Below the pieces are notes generated by a model that saw only the letters and a program-made list of their open reading frames with translations, made no database searches and was not told where the DNA came from. Of a stretch of 56,348 nt of DNA, positions 18,681-29,700 are shown one piece after another. How positions within the stretch are numbered: position 1 is the stretch's first letter; every line of letters begins with the position of its first letter. Position numbers and translations under genes: made by a program. Source of the stretch: Actinomycetes bacterium (lineage in GTDB: Bacteria; Actinomycetota; Thermoleophilia; BMS3ABIN01); the NCBI GenBank assembly GCA_024275795.1, contig JAJRYJ010000064.1:1-56348 (forward strand). Direction: 5' to 3'.

Positions 18681-19937
18681 ATGAACTCCACATCCACGAC
18701 AAACCTGGAGAAGGCTTCGGTCGGGTGCATCCTCGTCAACTACAGGACGCCCTGGGAGATGCTCTGCCGCTGTCTCGATTCCATCGTCGCCCGGAACGAC
18801 TCGGTGGACTGCTCCATTACCCTGCTGGATAACGCCTCGGGCGACGAGACGCCCGCGAAGCTCAGGGAAGCCTATCCCCAGGTGAACCTGATCGAGATGC
18901 GCAGCAACACCGGCTTCGCCGCGGCCGTCAACCGGGGGCTCCGGGAGGTCAGCGAACCCTTCGTGTTGATGCTGAACACGGACGCCGTGCTGACGGACGG
19001 CGCACTTGAGACCATGGCAAAGACCCTCGCCCAGGCGCCCGCCACTTGTGCCGGCGTAGCGCCCAAGATGCTGCTTTCCAGCTCCATGGAGGGCATCATC
19101 GATGCTGTCGGTACGGTGATGCCTGCCGACGGGGCCGCCTTCAGCCGGGGAATCGGCCAGTGTGACCTGGGCCAGTATGATGCGGTGGAATCGGTGTCCG
19201 GCGTCTGTTTCGGAGCCGCCCTGCTCAGGCGCCCCCTGCTGGATCCGGATGCGATCGGGCCGCTCTACGAGGGATATTTCCTCTACTTCGAAGACACGGA
19301 CTGGTGCATGCGCGCCGCGAGCCAGGGATACGGCTTCCTCACGGTACCAGAAGCCGTCGTCTACCACGAACATTCGGGCGTTGCCCGCAAGCAGTCGCTC
19401 GAGTTCAAGTACCGCATGATCGAACTGAATACGCTGAAGATAGTCACGCGCACCTTCGAGAGCACAAGGGGAGCTGCCCGCGTAGTGTCGGCGCGGCTGG
19501 CGCGGCTGGCGGCACGCACCCTGATGCGCCGCCGTAACGTGCGCGCCAACCTGCTGATCCTGGCGTCTTACCTGTCGTCCCTGCCGTCGCTGCTCGCTGA
19601 GCGCCGGGAACTGGCGGCCCGCAGGACCGTTTCCGACGCGGAGGTTTTAGCACTCGCCGCCGGGGAGAACGCCTGGTTCGATAGCATCAGTTACAGGCCC
19701 GACCGCTGCCTGGACTCGCTCATCGACAGTTACGACAGGCTGCAGCGGCAACAGGGAGGACAGCGCTGCCTGGAGATGCTGTCCCTGCTCAAATGGCTGA
19801 AGCTCGAGCAGTCGGCGGGTCAATCGCCGCCGCTCAGCCGGGAACAGCTCAAGCTGCTTGCGGGGGAGCCGCCTTGTGTTTCCGGCCTGCTGCGGCTGGC
19901 GGGCATCGGCGTCACTGCTGTGGATACTTCTCCATGA
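18681..19937 (+). CDS. Glycosyltransferase family 2 (WbbL/rhamnosyltransferase-like)
   Basis: LVNY, DNASGD, NTGFAAAVNRG, LNTD, YFLYFEDTDWCMRA...G, VYH. Confidence 0.88.
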   Translation: MNSTSTTNLEKASVGCILVNYRTPWEMLCRCLDSIVARNDSVDCSITLLDNASGDETPAKLREAYPQVNLIEMRSNTGFAAAVNRGLREVSEPFVLMLNTDAVLTDGALETMAKTLAQAPATCAGVAPKMLLSSSMEGIIDAVGTVMPADGAAFSRGIGQCDLGQYDAVESVSGVCFGAALLRRPLLDPDAIGPLYEGYFLYFEDTDWCMRAASQGYGFLTVPEAVVYHEHSGVARKQSLEFKYRMIELNTLKIVTRTFESTRGAARVVSARLARLAARTLMRRRNVRANLLILASYLSSLPSLLAERRELAARRTVSDAEVLALAAGENAWFDSISYRPDRCLDSLIDSYDRLQRQQGGQRCLEMLSLLKWLKLEQSAGQSPPLSREQLKLLAGEPPCVSGLLRLAGIGVTAVDTSP

Positions 19938-21216
19938 CGGTCCGCCGGTATTCCCCGATCACCCGCCGCCAGGAGTAGTTCTCTTCCACCCAGCGCCGCG
20001 ATTCCTCCAGGGCTTTTGCCTGCGCTTCACCCCGCTGGTTCAGGCTGAGGATGCGGGAAAGACCCTCGATAAAACTGTCCTCGTCATCGTACCCGAGCAC
20101 GGTCTCAACCTCATCAGCGTAGTAACGCAGGATGGGGCTGGCGCTGTTTACCAGCGCCGGTCGTCCCTGCGCCAGGGCCTCGACCACGACGAGGGACAGG
20201 CTCTCGAGAGAAGACGGGTTGACCACACAGGCGGCGCCGGCGATCAGGTCGTCCCTGCGCTCATCCGGCAGGTAGCCCAGGTATTCAAGCCAGGAGCGCT
20301 CCGGAAGCACGAAGTCATCGTCCAGCCGCCCCGCAAGCAGCAGCCGCATGTCTCCGGAGTCCGCCTGCCGGCGGAATGCCTCGAAATGACCTATCAACCG
20401 GTCAACCTGCTTGCCGGCGCTGACGCGGCCCAGGTAGAGCACATAGGGCCGCTCCATCGACTCACCCGCATCGGACATCCGCCTGCGGGCACGGTCCGGG
20501 GAGCCTCCGGCGCGCCTCTCGCTGTCGACACCCTCTACGCCGGCGCCGGCGACGCTCACCTTGTGTTCCGGCACACCCCTCGACAGCAACAGTTCCCGCT
20601 CCGGGTCGCTGTTGGCGAGGATATGGCCCGCGCGCTCCAGCAACCGCTGCACGGTCAGAAAATGGAACGGCCGCTCGTCGTGGGCTGCGGGCACAAGGAC
20701 GCAATCGTCGCCGACAATCTCGACAGCGCTGATGGTGGGCAGGTACAGGTAGGTGAAGCAGATGAAACGGTCATAGATGAGCCGGTGCTCCTTGATATAG
20801 CGGGATAGCTCCGGGTTTACCGGCCCCTGCAGCGTGAACCAGAGACGCTCCAGCCTGAGCAACAGGGAGCCTGGAAGACGCAGCCGCTGCAATGCGAGCA
20901 ACAGGGAAGCCAGGGGGCCGTCGACGCGGGGGAAGAAGCGCGAACGCCCCCGCCGCGAGTCGAAGCGCAGTATCCTTGCGCCGCTCTCTTCGGACCATCC
21001 AGTATGGTAATGGTTGGCCCAGGTCTGGTAATCCCGCGCCGTGGTGGTGAGCACGTCCACTTCCCAGCCCAGGTCCGAGACCAGCCGCCCGGCCACCTGC
21101 CGCGCCAGGGTCTCGGCGCCGCCGATGACCTCCTCCCCATATCTCTGCACCACGACGGCGATTTTCAACGGCGGCCCTCCGCCCTCGACTTCTTCCCCAG
21201 CGCTGATCGGCTTCAC
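19912..21216 (-). CDS. Glycosyltransferase family 4
   Basis: VQRYGEEVIGGAE, YLGRVSAGKQ, ESLSLVVVEALAQG; start GTG 21216 (GTGA overlap) or TTG 21168. Confidence 0.88.
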   Translation of the reverse strand: MKPISAGEEVEGGGPPLKIAVVVQRYGEEVIGGAETLARQVAGRLVSDLGWEVDVLTTTARDYQTWANHYHTGWSEESGARILRFDSRRGRSRFFPRVDGPLASLLLALQRLRLPGSLLLRLERLWFTLQGPVNPELSRYIKEHRLIYDRFICFTYLYLPTISAVEIVGDDCVLVPAAHDERPFHFLTVQRLLERAGHILANSDPERELLLSRGVPEHKVSVAGAGVEGVDSERRAGGSPDRARRRMSDAGESMERPYVLYLGRVSAGKQVDRLIGHFEAFRRQADSGDMRLLLAGRLDDDFVLPERSWLEYLGYLPDERRDDLIAGAACVVNPSSLESLSLVVVEALAQGRPALVNSASPILRYYADEVETVLGYDDEDSFIEGLSRILSLNQRGEAQAKALEESRRWVEENYSWRRVIGEYRRTVMEKYPQQ

Positions 21217-23126
21217 CCCCTGCAATCGAAAGACTTGATGCGGTAGAGTGTCGCACCCTTGTCATAAATCTTCTCGAAGTACCTGCTGGTGTCCAGCATC
21301 TCCCGCTGCATGTGGTTGAAATAGACAGGCCGGGAGCCGAAATAGACATAGCCGATGCCATAGTCGCAGTAGAGGGAGCGGATCGCCTGCTCGTCCTCCC
21401 TGTTCCTTGCCACGGCCATGTAGAGGTCGAAGATCTCCGCTGAACGCTGGGTCGAGAACTCCAGGAACGATACCTCCACCTGCTTATCCGTGAAGGAGGG
21501 AATCCAGACGCCCCCGTCGGCCCCGGCGATGACGGCGAGGACATCGCTGGGACTGCCAAGCTGAATCAGTATCAGCGCGTCGTCCGGCAATTCGTTCTCG
21601 ATGTAGTCGAAAGCATCCAGGTCGTCCTGGTTCACCGTCCAGAGCTCCCTGGCGGCCTTGTCATATCTGTGGTACTGATCCAGCCCGACATGGAAGAACG
21701 CCGTCGTCAGCGCCGCGATGACCACGGCGGCGGTCAGTACCTGCAAAGGCAGCCTCAGGAGTGTCCGGCTCAGCAGGTAATATGCGAACCAGGCGACGGT
21801 GACGGCGATGATTATGGGCAGGAAGTGTTTCAGTTCCGCCATGTAGAAAACACCGTAAGTGCTCTCGGGGAGCATCAGGAGCCCGAAGCCGACCAAATAA
21901 AGGACCACATAAGAACCAAACAGGCGCAGCGGCACCTTCCTGTTGGCATCCGGCAGCACCAGCAGGGCGGCCAGGGAGACCGCCAGGGCCGCCATGGGCC
22001 ATTTGCCCAGCACGTCGATACCGTTCCCGACAAACTCCTCGGAGGCATACCTGACGGTCCCATACTCCGCAATGAAGGGGTCGGGCATGTTTACGGCACG
22101 AACATCATCGACCGGGCGGCCCAGGTACTTCGGCACAACCTGTATCAGCAGGAGGGCGCCGAAAACTCCCAGTACCGCCAGGGACATCGCATAGGCACCC
22201 AGCTTCTCGCGCCCGACGGCGAGTTTGCCCCCCCTTATTCTGACCATGTCCACCAGGTTCACGAAAAAGAGGATGAATACCAGTAGAAAACCGGTCGGAT
22301 AGTGGATGATCACCGTTGCGAACACCAGTGCGGCTGTGATGATGTAATCAAGCCTGTTCCTGGCGCTGGTGGAGAGATGGATAATCAGAGGCGTGACGGA
22401 AAAGACCATCACCATGGAATTCTTGCCGGCGATATAGAAGAAATCCGTCGGCCGCGGCAGCATGGCCGCGATCACGAACATAAGGAAGCCGTAGATCATC
22501 CAGCGGTCACCGGGGCGGTCCTTCCCCGCCCGGAAGGAGAGTACGCCCAGGTAGAACATGCTTACGGGGAACAGGGCCATGTGCGCGTTCAGGCTCGTAA
22601 GCACCACCTGGGGGTACGAGACATCCAGGAATGTGGCGTAATAGTTCAGGAAGTACTCCAGCCCCTGGGGATACCACTGCTGACTGGTGGTGAAATGATT
22701 GACGTTGATGTACTTGAGCCACTCGCTGTGAGCGATGGGGTCGTGCAGGATGGGTGTCAACAGGTCATGTGTGGGCAGAACCCTGAAGACGAACAACATC
22801 ACGAACAGCGCGTAGGCCACGATCCTGGCCCAGCCGATCCTCAGGGCATAGTGCCGCAATCCCCTGAAATATCGCCCCATCAGGAAGATGCAGGCGGCTG
22901 CGGCGGCGCTTGCGTTGAACACGAGCGTCGCCGGTCCCTGGGGGATGCCCAGCACCTCTTCGATAAAGGACATGAGCACCAGCACCAGGGGTGAGAGCAG
23001 CACGGACAGGATCAGCTTGTCGATCAGCCCGACCCTGTCACTGTCGCGGGTGAAGTAGAAGACGATGGCCAGCGCCGGCAGCAGATTCACCAGCACGAAC
23101 ACCATCACGAACTGGGCTATGGTCAT
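21213..23126 (-). CDS. Polytopic membrane protein, probable GT-C glycosyltransferase (DUF6541-like)
   Basis: About a dozen TM segments, early extracellular loop HDPIAH...YPQG, soluble C-terminal domain DGGVWIP...YGIGYVYFG. Family call from recalled motif pattern only. Confidence 0.6.
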   Translation of the reverse strand: MTIAQFVMVFVLVNLLPALAIVFYFTRDSDRVGLIDKLILSVLLSPLVLVLMSFIEEVLGIPQGPATLVFNASAAAAACIFLMGRYFRGLRHYALRIGWARIVAYALFVMLFVFRVLPTHDLLTPILHDPIAHSEWLKYINVNHFTTSQQWYPQGLEYFLNYYATFLDVSYPQVVLTSLNAHMALFPVSMFYLGVLSFRAGKDRPGDRWMIYGFLMFVIAAMLPRPTDFFYIAGKNSMVMVFSVTPLIIHLSTSARNRLDYIITAALVFATVIIHYPTGFLLVFILFFVNLVDMVRIRGGKLAVGREKLGAYAMSLAVLGVFGALLLIQVVPKYLGRPVDDVRAVNMPDPFIAEYGTVRYASEEFVGNGIDVLGKWPMAALAVSLAALLVLPDANRKVPLRLFGSYVVLYLVGFGLLMLPESTYGVFYMAELKHFLPIIIAVTVAWFAYYLLSRTLLRLPLQVLTAAVVIAALTTAFFHVGLDQYHRYDKAARELWTVNQDDLDAFDYIENELPDDALILIQLGSPSDVLAVIAGADGGVWIPSFTDKQVEVSFLEFSTQRSAEIFDLYMAVARNREDEQAIRSLYCDYGIGYVYFGSRPVYFNHMQREMLDTSRYFEKIYDKGATLYRIKSFDCRG

Positions 23127-23286
23127 CTCGCTTTCCTGTAGATTGGCCGGGAATGCTTCATCAGGGGGAACCTAAGCTGCGCACCCGGAGTGCCGATTCA
23201 TATGATGGAATGATAAACAGGTATCATCCCTGCAATTGTATGCGCTGATAGTGTGGCGCGCAAAGGGCATGAAGGGATTCCCGACG

Positions 23287-26200
23287 ATGGTGACCGCCGA
23301 GAAGAAAAACCCCATGGCAGCGATTATCGCATCATTTGCCGTCATCCTCTCTGTTTTCTTTTTCGCGTTGTTCAACCCTCTTTCCACCGCAACGGCGGCC
23401 CAGTGCGATTTCACGGTGACCAATACCAACGACAGCGGCGCCGGCTCGCTCCGGGACGCCATCGCCGAGGCCAACTGGGCTTCCGGCACGCCGACGGTAT
23501 GTTTCGCCATCGATAGCGGTCCCCAGACGATCATTCCCACCTCGCCCCTGCCCCCGGTCACAGGGTCGATGGTGATAGACGGCACCACTCAGCCCGGATT
23601 CACCGGTACGCCGCTGATACAGATCAACGGGGCCGGGGCCGGACAGACTCCCGGTATCTGGATCACCGCCGGCAACAGTACGGTCAAGGGGCTGGTAATC
23701 AACGGTTTCGCCTCAAACGGCATCTTCATCAGCGATAACCCCGGCAACGTGATCACCGGCAACTATATAGGCACCAACGCGGACGGGACGGCAGCCGTTC
23801 CCAACGGAACCGACGGCGTCGGCATCTACCACTCTTCCGGCCATACCATCGGCGGCACTTCCGCGTCTGAACGCAATCTGATATCCGGCAACACCGGTAA
23901 CGGCATCGGCATCACAGGCGCTGATGCCAGCGGTAACATCGTCCAGGGCAACTATATCGGCACCAACGCCTCCGGCACCGGCGCCATAGCCAACGGCGGC
24001 GACGGCATCCTGCTCAACGATGCCCCGGAAAATATCATTGGCGGAACCACGGGCGTGACCCCGGGCGGCGCCTGCACCGGCGCCTGCAACCTGGTCTCCG
24101 GCAACGGCTACAACGGCATCGGCCTCTGGTACGCCAACGCCGCCGGCAACCAGGTGCTGGGCAACTATGTGGGCATCAACGCGGCGGGAACGGCCGCCCT
24201 GGCCAATTTCAACATCGGCATCGAGCTCAACGAGTCGCCCAACAACACGGTTGGCGGCACCACGGCTGAGGCCAGGAACGTCATGTCCGGCAACGGCGGC
24301 GCCGGCCTGCTGCTCACCGGCAGTGCCTGCACCGGCAACGTCATCGCCGGCAACTTCATCGGCACCAACGCCGCGGGCACCGGCGGCGTCGGCAATCAGA
24401 AGATGGGAATCAGCATCGGCTGGTCCCCCGGCATCTACAGCGCCAACAACAACCTTATCGGCGGCGCCACCGGCGTCACTCCGGGGGGCGCCTGTACCGG
24501 CTCCTGCAACCTCATATCCGGGAACCACGATGACGGCGTCTTCATCACCGACAACGGCGGCGGCGGCGCCAACCAGCTGAAGGGCAACTTCATCGGCACG
24601 GACGCCTCCGGCAACGGCTCCATCGGCAACGGCGCCAACGGCGTCGGCATCCTCGACGTTGCCAACAACCAGATCGGCGGCTCCAGCGAAGCGGAACGCA
24701 ATATTATCTCCGCCAACGGGGACAACGGGGTCATCATCGCCGGCTGGTCGTCCACCGGTAACCGCATCGAGGGGAACTATATCGGACGCACCAGCAACGG
24801 CGGCAACATGGGCAATACGCGCTTCGGAATCACCGTTGCTTCCGGTACCGATACGGCTATCCTCGGCAACGGCATCTATGCCAACGGGCAGCACGGCATC
24901 GACCTGGGCTATGACTACGTGACCGCCAACGACGCCAATGACTGGGACGGCGGCGCCAACAGGCAGCAGAACTTTCCGGTCGTGACATCGGCGACGACCA
25001 CCGGCGCGGCCACGACGATCACGGCTTCGCTCAACAGCACACCCGGCACCAGCTTCCGCATCGATTTCTTCGCCTGCCCCGGCTGCAACGCCGGACCCCC
25101 CAACGACTATGGGGAAGGACAGACATTCCTCGGAAGCACAACGGTGACAACCGATGTCTTCGGCAACGTGGGCTTCGGCTATGTCAGCTCCATACCGGTT
25201 CCCGGCGGCCAGTACGTAACAGCCACCGCCACCAGGATGATCGGGGAGATGCCGGCGGAGACCTCCGAGTTCTCCCAGTGCAGACAGGCGACAGGCACGG
25301 CGGACACGGCACCGCCCAGTGTCTCCATACCGGCGCCTACCGGCGGCTCGCTGGTGAGCGGCACGGTGGATTTCGCGGCCGACGCCGACGACAACACGGG
25401 CATCGCCGTGGTGGAGCTGTTCATCGACGACAATCCGGTCGCAACGGTCAGCGAACACCCCTATTCCTGGCAGTGGGACACCACCAGCTCTTCCCAGGGA
25501 GACCATGTGCTGAAGGCTGTGGCAACGGACCTTGCGGGACTGACAGCCCAGGCGACCCGCACCGTCACCGTGGACAACTTCACCTCCACCTCCAATTACT
25601 ATTTCACCTGGTACGACCAGTCCAGCGGTGACTGGCGCGACTGGGTGCTGCTGGCCAACCCCGCTACGGCCGCAGGCGGTGCCCGTACGTCCGTCAAGGT
25701 CGGCGCCACCACCTATGCCGACAGGGATATGGCCGCCGGAGACCCGGCGGAGACGCCGTCGTTCCCGGGGGTGATCGGCGGACCGGTCACGGTCTCCGCG
25801 GACGCGCCGCTGATCACCAGCCAGCGGGTGCTCTACAAGGACAGCTTCAACGAGATTACCGCCATACCGGAGAACGAACTGGAGCATGAGTATTACTTCA
25901 CCTGGTACGACCTGGTCTCGCCGAGCATGAAGGGAAACTGGATCCTGGTGAGCAACCAGGAAGCGGTGCCGGCGGACGTGGAGATCTACATCGGCGGCAG
26001 CCTGCGCGGCAGCTATACGATACCTGCGGGCGGCCGCATCACCCCTGACTTCCCCGGGGTCATGGGCGGACCGGTCAAGATCACCTGCCCCACATGCGCG
26101 GCAGGCCACAAACTGCAGGCCAGCCAGCGGGTGCTGTTCAACGACTCCTTCAACGAGGTGGCGGCCGTCCCCGAATCCGGCCTGAGCAGCGAATATCTCT

Positions 26201-26772
26201 TTACCTGGTATGACTGCGTCAGCGGCAACGGCATGAACGGCAACTGGATACTGATCAGCAACCAGGATACGGGCGACGCGGCCGTGGATATCTATATCGA
26301 CGGAAGCCTCCGGGGCAGTTACAGCATCCCCGAGGGCGGTATCATCACTCCCCAGTTCTCCGGCGTAATCGGCGGGCCGGTGCGGGTGGTCTCCAGCAAC
26401 GGCAAGCAGCTGCTGGTGAGCCAGCGCATCATCTATAAGAACAGTTTCGAGGAAGTCCAGGGGTTGACCGCCGCCGACGCCGGCACGGACCTCTGGTTCA
26501 CCTGGTACGATTCCAAACCGGAGAACTCGATGAACGGCAACTGGATACTGGTTTGCAACCGCGGCGACAGCCCGGCCGACGTCGGGGTCTACATCGACGG
26601 CTCGCTCCAGGAACAGGTCACCCTGGGCGTGGGCGAGAACAGGCCCCTCTCCTATGCGGACACCATGGGCGGGCCGGTGCGGGTGGTCTCCACCAACGGC
26701 CAGCCGCTGCTGGCGACCCAGCGGGTGCTCTTCAAAGACAGTTTCAACGAGGTTGCGGGAATCAGCTACTGA
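23287..26772 (+). CDS. Large secreted beta-helix surface protein with Ig-like domain and four C-terminal FxWYD repeats
   Basis: Signal/TM, VTNTNDSGAGSLRDAI cap, many GNYIGTNA.G / NLISGN right-handed beta-helix repeats, ETSEFS, DTAPPSVSI...VTVDN Ig domain, then the repeat module. Start could be 23269, 23287 or 23314. Confidence 0.85.
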   Translation: MVTAEKKNPMAAIIASFAVILSVFFFALFNPLSTATAAQCDFTVTNTNDSGAGSLRDAIAEANWASGTPTVCFAIDSGPQTIIPTSPLPPVTGSMVIDGTTQPGFTGTPLIQINGAGAGQTPGIWITAGNSTVKGLVINGFASNGIFISDNPGNVITGNYIGTNADGTAAVPNGTDGVGIYHSSGHTIGGTSASERNLISGNTGNGIGITGADASGNIVQGNYIGTNASGTGAIANGGDGILLNDAPENIIGGTTGVTPGGACTGACNLVSGNGYNGIGLWYANAAGNQVLGNYVGINAAGTAALANFNIGIELNESPNNTVGGTTAEARNVMSGNGGAGLLLTGSACTGNVIAGNFIGTNAAGTGGVGNQKMGISIGWSPGIYSANNNLIGGATGVTPGGACTGSCNLISGNHDDGVFITDNGGGGANQLKGNFIGTDASGNGSIGNGANGVGILDVANNQIGGSSEAERNIISANGDNGVIIAGWSSTGNRIEGNYIGRTSNGGNMGNTRFGITVASGTDTAILGNGIYANGQHGIDLGYDYVTANDANDWDGGANRQQNFPVVTSATTTGAATTITASLNSTPGTSFRIDFFACPGCNAGPPNDYGEGQTFLGSTTVTTDVFGNVGFGYVSSIPVPGGQYVTATATRMIGEMPAETSEFSQCRQATGTADTAPPSVSIPAPTGGSLVSGTVDFAADADDNTGIAVVELFIDDNPVATVSEHPYSWQWDTTSSSQGDHVLKAVATDLAGLTAQATRTVTVDNFTSTSNYYFTWYDQSSGDWRDWVLLANPATAAGGARTSVKVGATTYADRDMAAGDPAETPSFPGVIGGPVTVSADAPLITSQRVLYKDSFNEITAIPENELEHEYYFTWYDLVSPSMKGNWILVSNQEAVPADVEIYIGGSLRGSYTIPAGGRITPDFPGVMGGPVKITCPTCAAGHKLQASQRVLFNDSFNEVAAVPESGLSSEYLFTWYDCVSGNGMNGNWILISNQDTGDAAVDIYIDGSLRGSYSIPEGGIITPQFSGVIGGPVRVVSSNGKQLLVSQRIIYKNSFEEVQGLTAADAGTDLWFTWYDSKPENSMNGNWILVCNRGDSPADVGVYIDGSLQEQVTLGVGENRPLSYADTMGGPVRVVSTNGQPLLATQRVLFKDSFNEVAGISY
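25594..26769 (+). repeat. Four tandem ~98-aa FxWYD protein repeats, homologous to those of the subtilase
   Basis: Units begin YYFTWYDQ, YYFTWYDL, YLFTWYDC and LWFTWYDS; each ends SQR/TQR.....SF.E. Confidence 0.9.
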
Positions 26773-29700
26773 CCCGGACTTCGCTCCAGGGTCGCACGAG
26801 CGCCGCTGATGCTTTCGAAAAAGTCCATCATCTGCTGCATCACCCTGTCCCAGGTGTACTCGGCGGCGGTCCTGTAGCCCTCCGCCCTCAGCCTCTCCTG
26901 GAGCTCCTTGTCGGCAAAAAGCCTCTCGAGCGCCTGTTTCAGGCCCTGCGGGTCCTCCTGCCCGACCATCAGGCAGTTGCGTTCGTGTTCGCAGAAGTCG
27001 GCGTTGCCGTGGGCATCGGTGCAGATGACCGGCGCGCCGGCGGCCATCGCCTCCAGCACCGGCAGGCAGAAACCCTCGTGGCGGGAGGTCTGCACGAAGA
27101 CGGTTGCCCGGTTATAGAGTTCGTTGACTTCCTCGTCCGACGGCCGCAGGAAGTACTCCGCCCCCTCCAGGCCCTCCGCCAGCGCCGGCTCGATACCGAA
27201 CATCCACAACCTCGGCCGCGACTCGCCCATTGCCTTCCAGCCGTCGATGGTCATGGGCAGATTCTTCAGATAGTGGCTGCGTCCCAGCGTGAGCAGCACA
27301 TCCTCTTCGCGCTCCACTTCCAGGGGTCTGAAGATGTTCTCGTCGATGCCGCAGCCGACCATTGCCGGCGTCACGCCCATCTCCTCCAGCTGGCGGCCGT
27401 TCCAGTGCGACTCGGTGATGTAGTTGAACTCCTTGCGATACCGGGAGAGGACCACGCTCTGCATATAGGGGTCATCCCGGTAATATGAGGTCTCGATATC
27501 CTGCACGTAATAAACGGGGATGCCGCGGCTTACTGAAGCCAGCCACACCGGCACCGCTGTTTCCCACCAGGTGGCCACCTTGACGGCGTCCTCCCGCTTC
27601 AGGGCATCGACCAGCTCGGAATAATCAGCGAACTCGCGTACCGGCGCATCCAGAGGAAACCAGTCCGGAGGGCCCTCAAGCGCATAGAGTTCGGCGTTCA
27701 CCCCCATGGCCTGCAGCCGGTTCAGGTGCTCGAACACCAGCCTGTGGCCGCCACCCACGCCCGTGGACTGGAGCACGTAGATGACATGCAGCCGCCCCTG
27801 TTCATCCATGACGTCACGCCGGTCGAACCAGTCGCCCCATTTATCCCAGAAATAATTGAGCGAGCTCATCTCCCGCTCCCCCTGCTGCTTTGTGCGGGTA
27901 GCTGATTCGTGATGGTATAACACGGCCGGCGGATAGTAGAAACACTTGTACCCGGCCTCCCAGGCCCTCAGGCAGTAATCCATGTCCTCGAAGGCCATGC
28001 GGAAGCCCTCGTCCAGGAAACCGATCTCATCGATCACGCTGCGCTTGACGTACATGCAGGCGCCGGTGACACCGAGGACATAATTGGGGATATTGGCCGG
28101 CGGGAAATCCGACGGCTGGAAACGGTAATAGTGGTCGAACCACTGCGGCGCCCCGGGGTTGCGGCAGGTTCCGGCAAACTGGATCCTCCCGTCGGGATAC
28201 AGCAGTTTGGCGCCGACGATGCCGATTTCCTCTTCCGAGCAGGCGCCGTACTGAAGCGCCTGCAGCCAGCCGGGCTCCGCCGTGGTGTCGCTGTTGAGGA
28301 TGACCACATCTCCCTGCGCGGCGGCCCTGAGGCCCCGGTTGACGGTCCTGGCGAAGCCGCCGTTCTCCTCGCTGTAGATGACTCTGACGCCGCCGCCTTC
28401 CACTGACCGCAGGAAATCCAGGTGCGCCTGGTCGCTGCTGGCGTCATCCACCACTATCACGCTGGCCATGCCCGGCTCCACGGTCTTCTCGATGCTCCTC
28501 AGGCAGGGCGCCAGCACCTGATGGTCGTTGTAACTGGGTATGATGATCGTCACCGGCCGCTTGTGGTCGCGATACCAGCGTCTGATCTCGCCCTGTTCGC
28601 GGGCCGGCGTCCGGATGCGCGATGAGATCGATGCCGGCAGGCGGCTGGAGACGTAGCCGGCAGCCTTGCGCGCGAACTCCCGCGGACCCTCGTTGCGGAT
28701 GACCGAGGCCGAGCGCCAGAGGCCGCGCATTGGCCTGGTGGCGGCCCAGCTCTTTGAGGCGTAGACGCGCTCCAGCTCTGCAGTGCGTTCCCTGAGTTCC
28801 CGGTCCTTGTGGCCCAGCATCCGCTGACGCCGCTCCACCTCGCGCTTCAGGTTCTCCACGTCCTGCGCCAGCTGCGCGATCATACCGTCCTTCCTGTGCC
28901 CCTCGACTGCCAGCTGCTCGATGCGCCGCCGCTCGGCGGCGATGATCTCGGCGATCACCGCCTGGCTCTTCCTCACTATCTCGAGGTAGAGCTCCGCATC
29001 GATGCCGCCCGCCTCGAGCTCAAGGTCTCTCAACGCAGCTTCCTTCTTGATGAAATAGACGTGGCGGTATGATTCCTGTTCATGGTCGTAAGGGAAGACG
29101 CGGCTGTTGTAGAAAGCATTGAAGTCGCGGAAGCGCTCGATGGCCTCGCCGAAGATGAAATTGGCGAAGATCATGTTCTCCCAGAGCCAGATGCTGTTAT
29201 TGGGAATCACCTGGAAGCTGTAGCCGGCCTCATGGATGAACGCCTCCAGCTCATCGCCGTCCGGCAGGCCGTGCTCGATATGCTCCTTGAGCCAGGCGTG
29301 GTCCTCGCCGCCGGAGATGATCCTGTAGGTCTCGTTGGCATAGCGCTCAGCCGCGGCCGTGGCCCGGGAAGCAAACGGGGCCGCCAGGATGACGGCCTTG
29401 AGCGCGACCCGCAGGTTCTCGTCCAGGTATCGCCTGCGGTCCTCCGGGGGGATATGCTCGTAGACGTCAGCCGATACCACGAAGTCGAATTCCCCGTCTT
29501 CGAGCGGCATCTCGCGTCCGTCGCCCCTGATGAAGTTGGCGTCTTCATCCGAGTCGACCGCGTCCGGGTCGGGGTCGAGATAGAAGACTTCGTCCTCAGG
29601 CAGGAACTTGCGCAGCAGGTTCCCCCGGCCGCCTACGTCGAGCACGCGGAAGCTTTTCCCCTCCTCGCCGCGATTGGCGCCGATTATGTCCCTGATCAGA

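Noticed and set aside
23254-23268. GG-N10-GC pattern before the beta-helix gene
   Set aside because: Poor -12 element that abuts the start codons, leaving little or no room for a leader; no enhancer seen.
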